Of a stretch of DNA of 64,000 bases, positions 26,199-36,309 are shown one piece after another (position 1 is the stretch's first letter; the number at the start of each line of letters is the position of its first letter). Position numbers and translations under genes: made by a program. The DNA comes from an uncultured Alphaproteobacteria bacterium (GTDB taxonomy: Bacteria > Pseudomonadota > Alphaproteobacteria > Sphingomonadales > Sphingomonadaceae). Where the stretch lies: contig CAVUFW010000007.1 of assembly GCA_963740965.1 (NCBI GenBank), positions 44,027 to 108,026 on the forward strand, written 5' to 3'. Under the pieces are notes generated by a model. It was not told the DNA's origin, searched no databases, and saw only the letters and a list, made by a program, of their open reading frames with translations.

Positions 26199-28853
26199 CC
26201 GCAACCGCACCCGGTTGAGTGCGACGTCGAATTTTACCCGCGATACCTGGACATCGGCCGGAAAGGCCGAGAGCAGACGCGACGGAAAGGCGCTCGACAA
26301 CACCACGAACAGCCCTTTGTCCCCCTCGCGGCGAATCAGTCGTCCGAACGCCTGCGCCAGGCGCGCTTTCACCGTCCGGTCGTCGTAGGCCGCGCCGCCA
26401 TTGGCCATCCGCCGCGCCGCATGGAGCACCGTCGGGCGCGGCCACGGCACGCGTTCCATCACCACCAGGCGCAGCGACTCGCCCGGCACGTCGACCCCGT
26501 CGCGAAGCGCGTCGGTGCCGAGCAACGACGAACGCGGATCGTCGCGGAAAATGTCGACCAACGTTCCGGTGTCGATCGGGTCGACGTGCTGGGCGAGCAG
26601 AGGAAGTCCCTCGCGCGCCAGCCGGTCGGCAATCCGCGCATGAACCGCGCGCAGCCGCTGTATCGCGGTGAACAGCCCCAGCGTCCCGCCCCCCGCTGCC
26701 TCGATCAATCGTGCATAGGCACCTGACAAAGCGGCAATATCACCGCGCGGGATGTCGGTAACGATCAGCACTTCGGCATTGGCGGCATAATCGAACGGGC
26801 TCGGCGCCTCGAAGCGATCGCCCGGCCGCGGCAGGTGCAGCGCCCCGCTGCGTGCTTCTGCCGCTGGCCAGTCCTCACCGCCGCGCAGCGTCGCGCTGGT
26901 CACCAGCACGCCATGCGCCGGTTCCAGCACCGCCTTGGCGAACGGGCGCGTCGGGTCCAGCCAGTGGCGCCGCAGCCCGACGTCATACTCGCGCCCCTCC
27001 ACGCGCTCGATCGCCAGCCAGTCGACGAAATTCTCGTCGACCGTGCCGCCGATCCGGCCCAGCAAGGCGATCCATGCGGTGAGCACATCACGGCGCCAGC
27101 TCAATCCGCCGAGCGCTCCTTCGACCCGCGCTCGCGCGGCCGAATCGAGCCAGTCGGGCGCATCCTCCATGATCGCCTCGAGCCGCCGCGTCAGCGCCGC
27201 CAGCGGCCGGGCCAGTGCCTCGAGCGCCTCCATCGCCGCCGTCGCGGCATCGATCAGCGCCCCGTCCGGGTCCGCCAGTTCGGTTTCCAGCCCGTATCCC
27301 GCTTCCTGCGCCTTGGCGCGCGCATAGACCGTGCCGCGCGCTTCGCTCAGCAGTCGCTCGACCGGGCCGAACGGATCGCCTTCTACCAGCCGCGCGATCC
27401 AGCCGTCACTTGGCAAGGCCCGCGCCGCCTCGACCGCCGCATCGAGCGCCTGGTTGCCCGCCTCGTCGTAGGAGCAGACATCGAGCAGCCTTGCCGCCAG
27501 CCCGCGCCTGCGACCGCGCGATTTGCCCTCCGGCCCGACGATCCAGCGCCGCATCTCGATCGCTTCCTGCCCGGTCAGCGCTACCGAAAAGGTCGAATCC
27601 GCTGCATCGAACAGATGATGGCCTTCGTCGAACAGGATTCGCGTCGGCGCATCGGGCCGCGCCCGGGCCGCATTGACCATCACCAGCGCATGGTTGGCGA
27701 TGACGATGTCGGCCTCTCGCCCCGCCCGCTCCGCACGTTCGATGAAGCATTTTCGATAATGCGGACATCCGGCATAAACGCACTCGCCGCGCCGGTCGGT
27801 CAACGCGGTCGCGCCGGCGCGTCGAAACAGGCTCGGCAACCAGCCGGGCAGGTCGCCGCCGACCATGTCGCCGTCCTTGCTATACGCCGCCCAGCGCCCG
27901 ACCAGATGCGCCAGAACCGCCGCCCGCCCCGCGAACGCGCCTTGCATCGCGTCCTCCAGGTTGAGCAGGCAGAGGTAATTTTCGCGCCCCTTGCGGATCA
28001 CGATCTTCTGCTTCCGTTCGACCTCGTCGGGGAAGAGTTTGTGGCCCTCGGCATCCAGTTGCCGCTGCAACGCCTTGGTGAAGGTCGACACCCATACCGC
28101 CCCGCCGGCGCGCTCGGACCACAGGGCCGCCGGCGCCAGATAGGCCAGCGTCTTCCCGATCCCCGTGCCTGCTTCGGCCAGCAGCAGATTAGGTTCCCCG
28201 GCCGCACGCCGCGGGGAGAATATTGCCGCCGTTTCCGCCGCCATCGCCCGTTGCCCGAGCCTCGGTTCCGCGCGCGTGCCCGTCAATTCGGCAAGCTTGG
28301 CTTCCGCTTCGGCCCCAGTGATGGTCACGCCGCGCGGCGGCGGGCGGTCGCTCTGCTCCTCCCACTGGGGCAATCGCCCGAACAGCATGCGTTCGCCCCG
28401 TTCCGGCTTCGCAATCCGTTCTCCGACGAAGGGTCCCCACGACCAGCCCAGCCGCCACAGGGTCTGGGCGGCGGTCCACGCGCCTTCGCGCTCGCCCCAG
28501 TCTGCCGCCCCAGCCCGGTCGAGCAAGGCGCTTGCCACAGCTAGCAGGGCAGCCGCCGAATTCCGTTCCTCCACCGGCGGCTCGATCCCGACCGCCCGGC
28601 ACATGCCCGGCACCGTCGGCACCGCGAAGCGCGCGGGGTGGACGAAGGCGAACAATTCCAACAGGTCGAGGCCCGACACCTCCCCGGTTCCCAGCCGTTG
28701 CCCGACCAGCGGCGCATTGAGGATGACGTGTGGCGTTTCCGCCAACCGCCGGATCGCCTCCGACCGGGATGCCTCGCGCACTTCGCCCTCCGCCGCGATC
28801 CAGATACCGGCATGGGTTGCATGCAGTGCGGGAAGGGGCAAAGGAGCGGCCAC
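26133..28853 (-). CDS. XPD/DinG-family Fe-S ATP-dependent DNA helicase with a long N-terminal extension
   Basis: Walker A is AEAGTGIGKTLAYL, the DEGH box is ILFDEGHHLFDA, and a four-Cys cluster is present (NYLCLLN ... GECVYAGCPHYRKC). I chose the GTG at 28853 (TTG alternative at 28841) because the ORF-track extension to 29270 runs antisense through lysK. Confidence 0.8.
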   Translation of the reverse strand: MAAPLPLPALHATHAGIWIAAEGEVREASRSEAIRRLAETPHVILNAPLVGQRLGTGEVSGLDLLELFAFVHPARFAVPTVPGMCRAVGIEPPVEERNSAAALLAVASALLDRAGAADWGEREGAWTAAQTLWRLGWSWGPFVGERIAKPERGERMLFGRLPQWEEQSDRPPPRGVTITGAEAEAKLAELTGTRAEPRLGQRAMAAETAAIFSPRRAAGEPNLLLAEAGTGIGKTLAYLAPAALWSERAGGAVWVSTFTKALQRQLDAEGHKLFPDEVERKQKIVIRKGRENYLCLLNLEDAMQGAFAGRAAVLAHLVGRWAAYSKDGDMVGGDLPGWLPSLFRRAGATALTDRRGECVYAGCPHYRKCFIERAERAGREADIVIANHALVMVNAARARPDAPTRILFDEGHHLFDAADSTFSVALTGQEAIEMRRWIVGPEGKSRGRRRGLAARLLDVCSYDEAGNQALDAAVEAARALPSDGWIARLVEGDPFGPVERLLSEARGTVYARAKAQEAGYGLETELADPDGALIDAATAAMEALEALARPLAALTRRLEAIMEDAPDWLDSAARARVEGALGGLSWRRDVLTAWIALLGRIGGTVDENFVDWLAIERVEGREYDVGLRRHWLDPTRPFAKAVLEPAHGVLVTSATLRGGEDWPAAEARSGALHLPRPGDRFEAPSPFDYAANAEVLIVTDIPRGDIAALSGAYARLIEAAGGGTLGLFTAIQRLRAVHARIADRLAREGLPLLAQHVDPIDTGTLVDIFRDDPRSSLLGTDALRDGVDVPGESLRLVVMERVPWPRPTVLHAARRMANGGAAYDDRTVKARLAQAFGRLIRREGDKGLFVVLSSAFPSRLLSAFPADVQVSRVKFDVALNRVRLRLFPEGGDQLVAQADESHIIDR

Positions 28854-28892
28854 GGCCCATGCTTTGACGCCACGAGAACGAAAGGGCAACAG

Positions 28893-30473
28893 TTGAGCGA
28901 CGAGATCCTCCGCAATGCAGCCCTCGCCGCCAAGGCTTGGCCCTATGAGGAGGCGCGCAAGCTCCTGAAGCGGTACCCCGACGGCAAGCCAAACGGCGAA
29001 CCCGTGCTGTTCGAAACCGGCTACGGACCCTCGGGCCTGCCGCATATCGGCACCTTCAACGAAGTGCTCCGCACGACCATGGTCCGCCATGCCTATGCTG
29101 AATTGACCGGTGGCGCGCCGACTCGGCTGCTCGCCTTCAGCGACGACATGGACGGGCTGCGCAAGGTGCCGGACAATATTCCCGATCCAGAAATGCTGAC
29201 TGCCCACCTTGGCCAGCCGTTGACCAGGATCCCCGATCCGTTCGGCACCCACGACAGTTTCGCCGCGCATAACAATGCGGAACTTCGCCGCTTTCTCGAC
29301 CGCTTCAGCTTCGATTACGAATTCGCCAGCTCGACCGACTATTACACCAGTGGTCGGTTCGACGAGGCGATCCGCGGCGTGCTCCGCCGTTGGGATGCGA
29401 TTCTCGGCGTCATGCTCCCGACGCTGCGCGAAGAACGCCGTCTAACCTATTCGCCGATCCTGCCCATCTCACCGACCAGCGGCCGCGTGCTCCAGGTCCC
29501 GGTGACCGTGGCGGATGCGGAAGCCGGCACCATTTCATTCACCGACGACGATGGCGCCGCCGTCACCCAGTCGGCGCTCGGCGGCCTGTCCAAGCTGCAA
29601 TGGAAGGTCGACTGGGCGATGCGCTGGGTCGCGCTCGGGGTCGACTATGAAATGGCCGGCAAGGACCTGATCGATTCGACCATCCAGTCGGGCAAGATCG
29701 CGCGCATCCTCGGCGCCCGCCCGCCCGAGGGTTTCAATTACGAGATGTTTCTCGACGAGAAGGGCGAAAAGATTTCCAAGTCGAAGGGCAATGGCCTGAC
29801 CCTCGACCAATGGCTGACATACGGCAGCGAAGAAAGCCTGGCGTTCTTCGCCTATCGCGAACCGCGCAAGGCCAAGAGCCTGCACATCGGGGTCATCCCC
29901 CGCGCGGTGGACGAGTATCTCCAGTTCCGCGGCAATTATGCAGGCCAGGAAATCACCCAGAAGCTGGGCAATCCGGTCCATCACATCCACGGCGGCAAGG
30001 TGCCCACCGGAGCGCTTCCGCTGACCTACGGCCTGTTGCTGAACCTCGCCTCACTGCCCGGCGTCGACAACAAGGAAACCGCCTGGAAGTTCGTCCAGCG
30101 CTATGCTCCCGGCACGTCGCCGGAGGGCGATCCCGAACTCGACAATCTCATCGGCCTCGCGGTCAATTACGCCCACGATTTCGTCGCCCCGACGCTCCAG
30201 CGCCGCGCCCCGGTGGACCACGAGATCGATGCGCTTCGTGAACTCGATGCCGCACTCCAAAAGCTCGACCCTGCAACGCCCGGCGACGAGATCCAGAACA
30301 TCGTCTTCGAAATCGGCAAGCATCACCCATTCGAAAGCCTGCGCCACTGGTTCCAGGCGCTCTACGAGATCTTGCTCGGCAGCGCCCAAGGCCCTCGCAT
30401 GGGAAGCTTCATCGCGCTTTACGGGATCGACAACAGCCGCCGGCTGATCGCCGAGGCGCTTGCCGCCGCCTGA
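28893..30473 (+). CDS. lysK: Class I lysyl-tRNA synthetase
   Basis: It has the HIGH-type motif LPHIGTFNEV and the KMSKS-type motif KISKSKGNG. The N-terminus SDEILRNAALAAKAWPYEEARKLLKRY starts at TTG 28893. The ORF-track start at 28638 would overlap the divergent helicase. Confidence 0.88.
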   Translation: MSDEILRNAALAAKAWPYEEARKLLKRYPDGKPNGEPVLFETGYGPSGLPHIGTFNEVLRTTMVRHAYAELTGGAPTRLLAFSDDMDGLRKVPDNIPDPEMLTAHLGQPLTRIPDPFGTHDSFAAHNNAELRRFLDRFSFDYEFASSTDYYTSGRFDEAIRGVLRRWDAILGVMLPTLREERRLTYSPILPISPTSGRVLQVPVTVADAEAGTISFTDDDGAAVTQSALGGLSKLQWKVDWAMRWVALGVDYEMAGKDLIDSTIQSGKIARILGARPPEGFNYEMFLDEKGEKISKSKGNGLTLDQWLTYGSEESLAFFAYREPRKAKSLHIGVIPRAVDEYLQFRGNYAGQEITQKLGNPVHHIHGGKVPTGALPLTYGLLLNLASLPGVDNKETAWKFVQRYAPGTSPEGDPELDNLIGLAVNYAHDFVAPTLQRRAPVDHEIDALRELDAALQKLDPATPGDEIQNIVFEIGKHHPFESLRHWFQALYEILLGSAQGPRMGSFIALYGIDNSRRLIAEALAAA

Positions 30474-30479
30474 TTGGCT

Positions 30480-32146
<1,667 letters not shown>

Positions 32147-32231
32147 GCCCCACCCTTAGCCAACCCGACCGTCCTTAAACCAGCCCAGAAAGCGAGCGGC
32201 GCGCTCCTTTTAAGGCAATATCGGGACGCCG

Positions 32232-33389
32232 CTAAATCGACCCGCAGTCGTTTGGCGCCGGTCTCCCGGCGAAGCGATCGGCGATCCACTGGAGTGTCGG
32301 CGCAGCGCTATCCTGCGCGCTCGTGGGATGCCCCTTGCCGACGATGTCGATCCATTTGACCGTCTTCCCCGCCCGGCAAGCCTGGCGCGCGTAGTTACGG
32401 GTCACCGCCGGCGCGATGATCACGTCCGCCGGATTCTGCCCGATCAGCATCGGCACGTTGATCGCCGTCGGATCCACGCTGTTGGTCCGCGCGATCCCGG
32501 CCCACGGCTGGATCGATCCCAGGTCCACGCCGGTAAGCTGTTTGCGAAGCACCACCATGCCGATGAGCGCACCGAGCTTGGGTTTGGAATCGATGCTGAC
32601 GCAATTGTTCTGGGCCAATTTCGTAATGATCATCTGCGTCTGGGGCTTGCCTAGGCTGCTGAGCGGCGCGCCGTAATAGCCTGACCAGCTATAAGCGGTG
32701 AAGGCGGTCAGAAAGGCCCGGATCGAAGGGTCTTCGCCACCGCGCAGATTGGCGATCAGGTCGGTCGGCGGAGCTGCCGCCGCAACACCGACCAGTTCAA
32801 GCTCGGGCGCATAGCTTCGACCGAGTTGGGCGGTCCAGAGCGCCGCGTGACCGCCCTGGCTGGCTCCCCATAGCGCGTACCGTCGGCCCGCACCGGTGGC
32901 CCCGATGCTTCGCGCCGCGCGGATGGCATCGAGTGTTGATCGAGCGGCCGGAACGCCGCCCAGATACGGGTGAACCCCGTCGCTGCCGAGACCCGGATAG
33001 TCGGGCGCAACCACCACATAACCGTTGCTGACCGCATCCAGTGCGGGGGTCGCCGTGAAAAACGTCGGCGCTGTTCCTGGCGTGGAATCGAAAAAGCTCG
33101 ATGACAGCGACGGCGCGCATTGCCGCGCCACGCCCCAGGTGCCGTGAGTCCAGGCGAGCACCGGGCGCGCCGACGTGGGCTGCCCTGCAGGCGCAACGAC
33201 CACCCCGGTGACGTCGATCTGCTGGCCGGTTTCGGCGGTCGTCCAGTAATGGATGCTCCATGCCTGCGTCCGGAGCGGCGCGCCGCTCATCGGCTGCGCT
33301 GAAATCAGTGTGCCGGGGCGTTGCGCGTGAACGATTCCGGAGGCCACGAAGGAAACGACGAGCGCGGCAAACAATAGCGCTTTGTTCAT
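32232..33389 (-). CDS. Secreted lipase/esterase (secretory-lipase LIP-like alpha/beta hydrolase)
   Basis: The signal peptide is MNKALLFAALVVSFVASGIVHA. The nucleophile elbow is WGASQGGHAAL. The ORF is 385 aa, and the LIP-like layout includes VVAPDYPGLG. Confidence 0.7.
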   Translation of the reverse strand: MNKALLFAALVVSFVASGIVHAQRPGTLISAQPMSGAPLRTQAWSIHYWTTAETGQQIDVTGVVVAPAGQPTSARPVLAWTHGTWGVARQCAPSLSSSFFDSTPGTAPTFFTATPALDAVSNGYVVVAPDYPGLGSDGVHPYLGGVPAARSTLDAIRAARSIGATGAGRRYALWGASQGGHAALWTAQLGRSYAPELELVGVAAAAPPTDLIANLRGGEDPSIRAFLTAFTAYSWSGYYGAPLSSLGKPQTQMIITKLAQNNCVSIDSKPKLGALIGMVVLRKQLTGVDLGSIQPWAGIARTNSVDPTAINVPMLIGQNPADVIIAPAVTRNYARQACRAGKTVKWIDIVGKGHPTSAQDSAAPTLQWIADRFAGRPAPNDCGSI

Positions 33390-33461
33390 GACATTACTCC
33401 GTTACCCGCCAAGCATAAATTGGAAGCTTGCACGGCCCGGGGTGCGGCACAAGCTGTTCAG

Positions 33462-33491
33462 GAATTACCGATCGGAAGCTTGGGGTAATTC
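33462..33491. promoter_or_regulatory. Perfect 8-bp inverted repeat in the divergent intergenic region (candidate operator or RNA hairpin)
   Basis: The arms gaattacc (33462-33469) and ggtaattc (33484-33491) are separated by a 14-nt spacer that contains ggaagctt. A second ggaagctt lies at about 33422-33429. Function is unknown. Confidence 0.25.
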
Positions 33492-33603
33492 TCGTGCTAA
33501 AAAGGGCGCGAGCCCGTCTGATCGACTTCATGTCGGCCCGAGCGAAGGACCATTGTGAAAGCGTCTTGATCTGTTACTTTTCGTGGCAGACGGGGGCCGA
33601 GTA

Positions 33604-34335
33604 ATGCATCTTCACCTACCCAAGCCGGTACACGGCTGGCGCGCCTTTGCCGGCGAAGTTGGGATCATCGTCATCGCCATTCTGCTCGCACTTGGCGCGG
33701 AACAGCTGGTCGAGAGCCTGCACTGGAAGCATGAGGCGACAAAGGGGCGAGAGGCGATCGATCTCGAACTATCGCACGCGGCTGGCGTCTTCGAGGAGCG
33801 GCGGCTGGTTCAACTTTGTCTCGACAAGAGGCTGGACGAAATCGATGCCCGCCTTCGCGAAGCTCGACGCACCGGTCGGATCGACTACATTGGCGAGATC
33901 GGCCGACCGCCCTCCCGCCCGATCGAAAACGAAGCCTGGGCAACCGCGCTGAGCAGTGGCCTGCTGCAACATTTCACGCAGGGCGAGCGCAATACCCTGT
34001 CGATCCTCAATGCGCAGATTACGAGTTACGACAACGATCTGGTCGAGGAACAGCGCGCTTGGGCAACACTGCAGATGATCGAGCGTTCACCCGGACCGAT
34101 CAGCGACGGCATGCTCACCGAGGCATCGGCAACGGTCGCGCGGTTGCAGTATCAGACCTGGATGAACGGGCTGGTGGCCGGTCAGATGCTCAACCAGATC
34201 AAGTCAATAAAGGTGCCGGTCAGCTATTTCTCGATTTTCGATCGAGAAGGGACGCTCTCCGCGCTCGAAACGAAGGTCCGCGAACGGTCGGTGTGCCAAC
34301 CGCTCGCCGCTCTCAGCCCGCCTTCTTCACCCTGA
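33604..34335 (+). CDS. Hypothetical membrane-anchored protein (one N-terminal TM, helical ectodomain), no recognised family
   Basis: An ATG is at 33604 (MHLHLPKPVHGWRAFAGEVGIIVIAILLALGAEQL...). The 243-aa ORF has coding-like composition. Its 3' end overlaps the convergent DUF885 gene by 23 nt. Confidence 0.5.
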   Translation: MHLHLPKPVHGWRAFAGEVGIIVIAILLALGAEQLVESLHWKHEATKGREAIDLELSHAAGVFEERRLVQLCLDKRLDEIDARLREARRTGRIDYIGEIGRPPSRPIENEAWATALSSGLLQHFTQGERNTLSILNAQITSYDNDLVEEQRAWATLQMIERSPGPISDGMLTEASATVARLQYQTWMNGLVAGQMLNQIKSIKVPVSYFSIFDREGTLSALETKVRERSVCQPLAALSPPSSP

Positions 34336-36134
34336 TCCAGTCGTCCACCTTAGCTTCCAGCACGCTTAGCGGAAGCGCGCCGCTCATCAGCACCTGGGTG
34401 TGGAATTCGCGGATGTCGAACTTGGGACCAAGCGCCTTTTCGGCGCGCGCGCGCAATTCGCTGATCTTCATCTGCCCGATCTTGTACGATAGCGCCTGCC
34501 CCGGACTGGCGATGTAGCGCTCGGTCTCGGCGGTCGCATTGCTCAACCCGCGCGAACTATTGTCCAGGATGTACTTGATGGTCGCATCGCGGGTCCAACC
34601 CTTGGAGTGGATGCCGGTGTCGACCACCAGCCGGATCGCGCGGAACAATTGCGAATCGAGATAGCCGAAATATTGATAGGGGTCGGTATAGACGCCGAGC
34701 TCGCGCCCGAGCGTCTCGGCATAGAGGCCCCACCCTTCGACATAGGCGGTGTTGCCGCCGAACCGCTGGAAGTCGGGCAGGCTCGCATTTTCCTGGGCTA
34801 GGCTGATCTGGAAATGATGCCCCGGCGCGCCTTCGTGCAGGTAGAGCGTCTCCATCGCCGGGGTCGATCGCGACGGCAGATCGTAGGCATTGAAATAGAA
34901 TACGCCCGGCCGCCTCCCGTCGGGCGATCCGCGTCCGTAGGATCCGCGCGCCGCTCCCTTCTCGGTCAGCGCCGGGGTCGGCTGGATCAGCAGTGGAGTC
35001 TTGGGGATGGTCGCGAACATCGACGGCAGCGTCGCGTCCAACTTTTTGCCGGTCGCGACATATTGCGCCTGCATCCACGCCCGCGAACTCGGGCCGGAAC
35101 TTGGGGTCGGTGCGGATATGCTCGAAGAATGCGCGCAATGTGCCGGTGAAACCGACCTGCCGCTTCACCGCCTCCATCTCCGCCTGGATGCGCGCGACCT
35201 CGCTCAGTCCGATACGATGGATCGCATCGGGGGTAAGGTCGGTGGTCGTGCTGCTGCTTGCCAGATAGGCATAGAGCTTGTTGCCGCCCGGCATCGCCGA
35301 CAGGCCGACGCTGTCGCGCGCCTTGGGCATGTAGTCGTTGGCGATGAAGGCCCGCAGCCGGGTCAACGCCGGGCGGATCTTCTGCGTGTCGGCCGCGACA
35401 TAAGCGGCCTTCAACCGCGCCCGCTCGGCCGCCGGGATCGCTGTCGGGAAGTTCTGTACGGGTTTGACGAAGCTGCTCGCCGCGCCCTGCTGCGCAAGCA
35501 TCGCGTCGAGTTGCTCGACGACGTTGACCATCACCAGCTTGGGCTGGGTGACGCCGCTCGCCATACCCTCGCGCATCCGCGCGATCGCGCGGTCGACGTA
35601 GGTGACGAAGCCGTCGATCCGGCTAAGCCCGTTATCGTAATCCTGAACTGTCTTGAACGGTGCCGCGCCGTCGCCGCTGCTGATCTGCGCAAAGGCGGTA
35701 TGGACGCTTCCGAAATGATCGATCGGGCGGACTGCGGTCAGGGCGAGCAGATCGGGCTGGAGGCCGCGCAAATCGTTCGCTCGCTGCCATTGGAACACGT
35801 CGTAGGAAATGCGTTCGGACGGGGTCAGCCTGGCGCGATCGATCCGCTTCAGCGCCGCCAGGTCGGCCGCCGCCGCGGCGCGTTCGGCGGCGTAGTAGGC
35901 ATCGCTGATCCCGTCGCCGAATTGACCCGCGTAGCGCATGTCGCCGCGATACATGGCGCTCAGCGGATTACGCCGCAGGTCGCCCTCGTTGCTCGCCGCA
36001 AACAACGCCGCCAGCGCCTGCGACGGCGTTTGGGCAGCGGCGGGTGCGGCGGAGGCGGACGATTGCGCCCGGCCAACCGCCGGGACGGTCAGCACCGACA
36101 GGGCGACCGCCCCGATCATCATCCCACGCTTCAT
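34313..36134 (-). pseudogene. Secreted DUF885-family protein (metallopeptidase-like HExxGH motif); the frame is broken by one extra base near 35090-35093
   Basis: The N-terminal part (ORF 34557..36173, real start MKRGMMIGAVALSVL at 36134) is collinear with the intact paralog up to FEHIRTDPKFRP. The rest (AWMQAQYVATGKKLDATLP...LHEGAPGHHFQ...) is in the other frame (ORF 34313..35074). Confidence 0.85.
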
Positions 36135-36223
36135 CGCCACCCTTTCGACCATGCTTCCAAAATAGGAATTCACCTGCTTATCTTCGCCACTGTGGGTCGC
36201 CAGGGATTCGCCGGATGAGCGAC

Positions 36224-36249
36224 TGCCCTTTTCCCAATGGAAAGGGGCA
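36224..36249 (-). terminator. Hairpin between the two DUF885 paralogs
   Basis: The arms tgcccttttcc and ggaaaggggca form an 11-bp stem with one G-U pair and a 4-nt loop. It lies 60 nt downstream of the stop of the upstream (36310..38160) gene. There is no clear U-tract. Confidence 0.4.
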
Positions 36250-36309
36250 AATCGCTTAAGTTGACGAAACAGGCCCGAAATGGCGTCGCACTAAAGAAAC
36301 TTCGACAAG

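Noticed and set aside
26835-28544. 569-aa plus-strand ORF inside the DinG-like helicase gene
   Set aside because: It is an antisense shadow with extremely Arg/Pro-rich composition. The minus strand carries the Walker A, DEGH and Fe-S motifs.
28854-29270. N-terminal extension of the helicase ORF, and the 28638-28892 extension of the lysK ORF
   Set aside because: The two extensions overlap each other antisense, and neither matches its family. Internal GTG/TTG starts give canonical N-termini.
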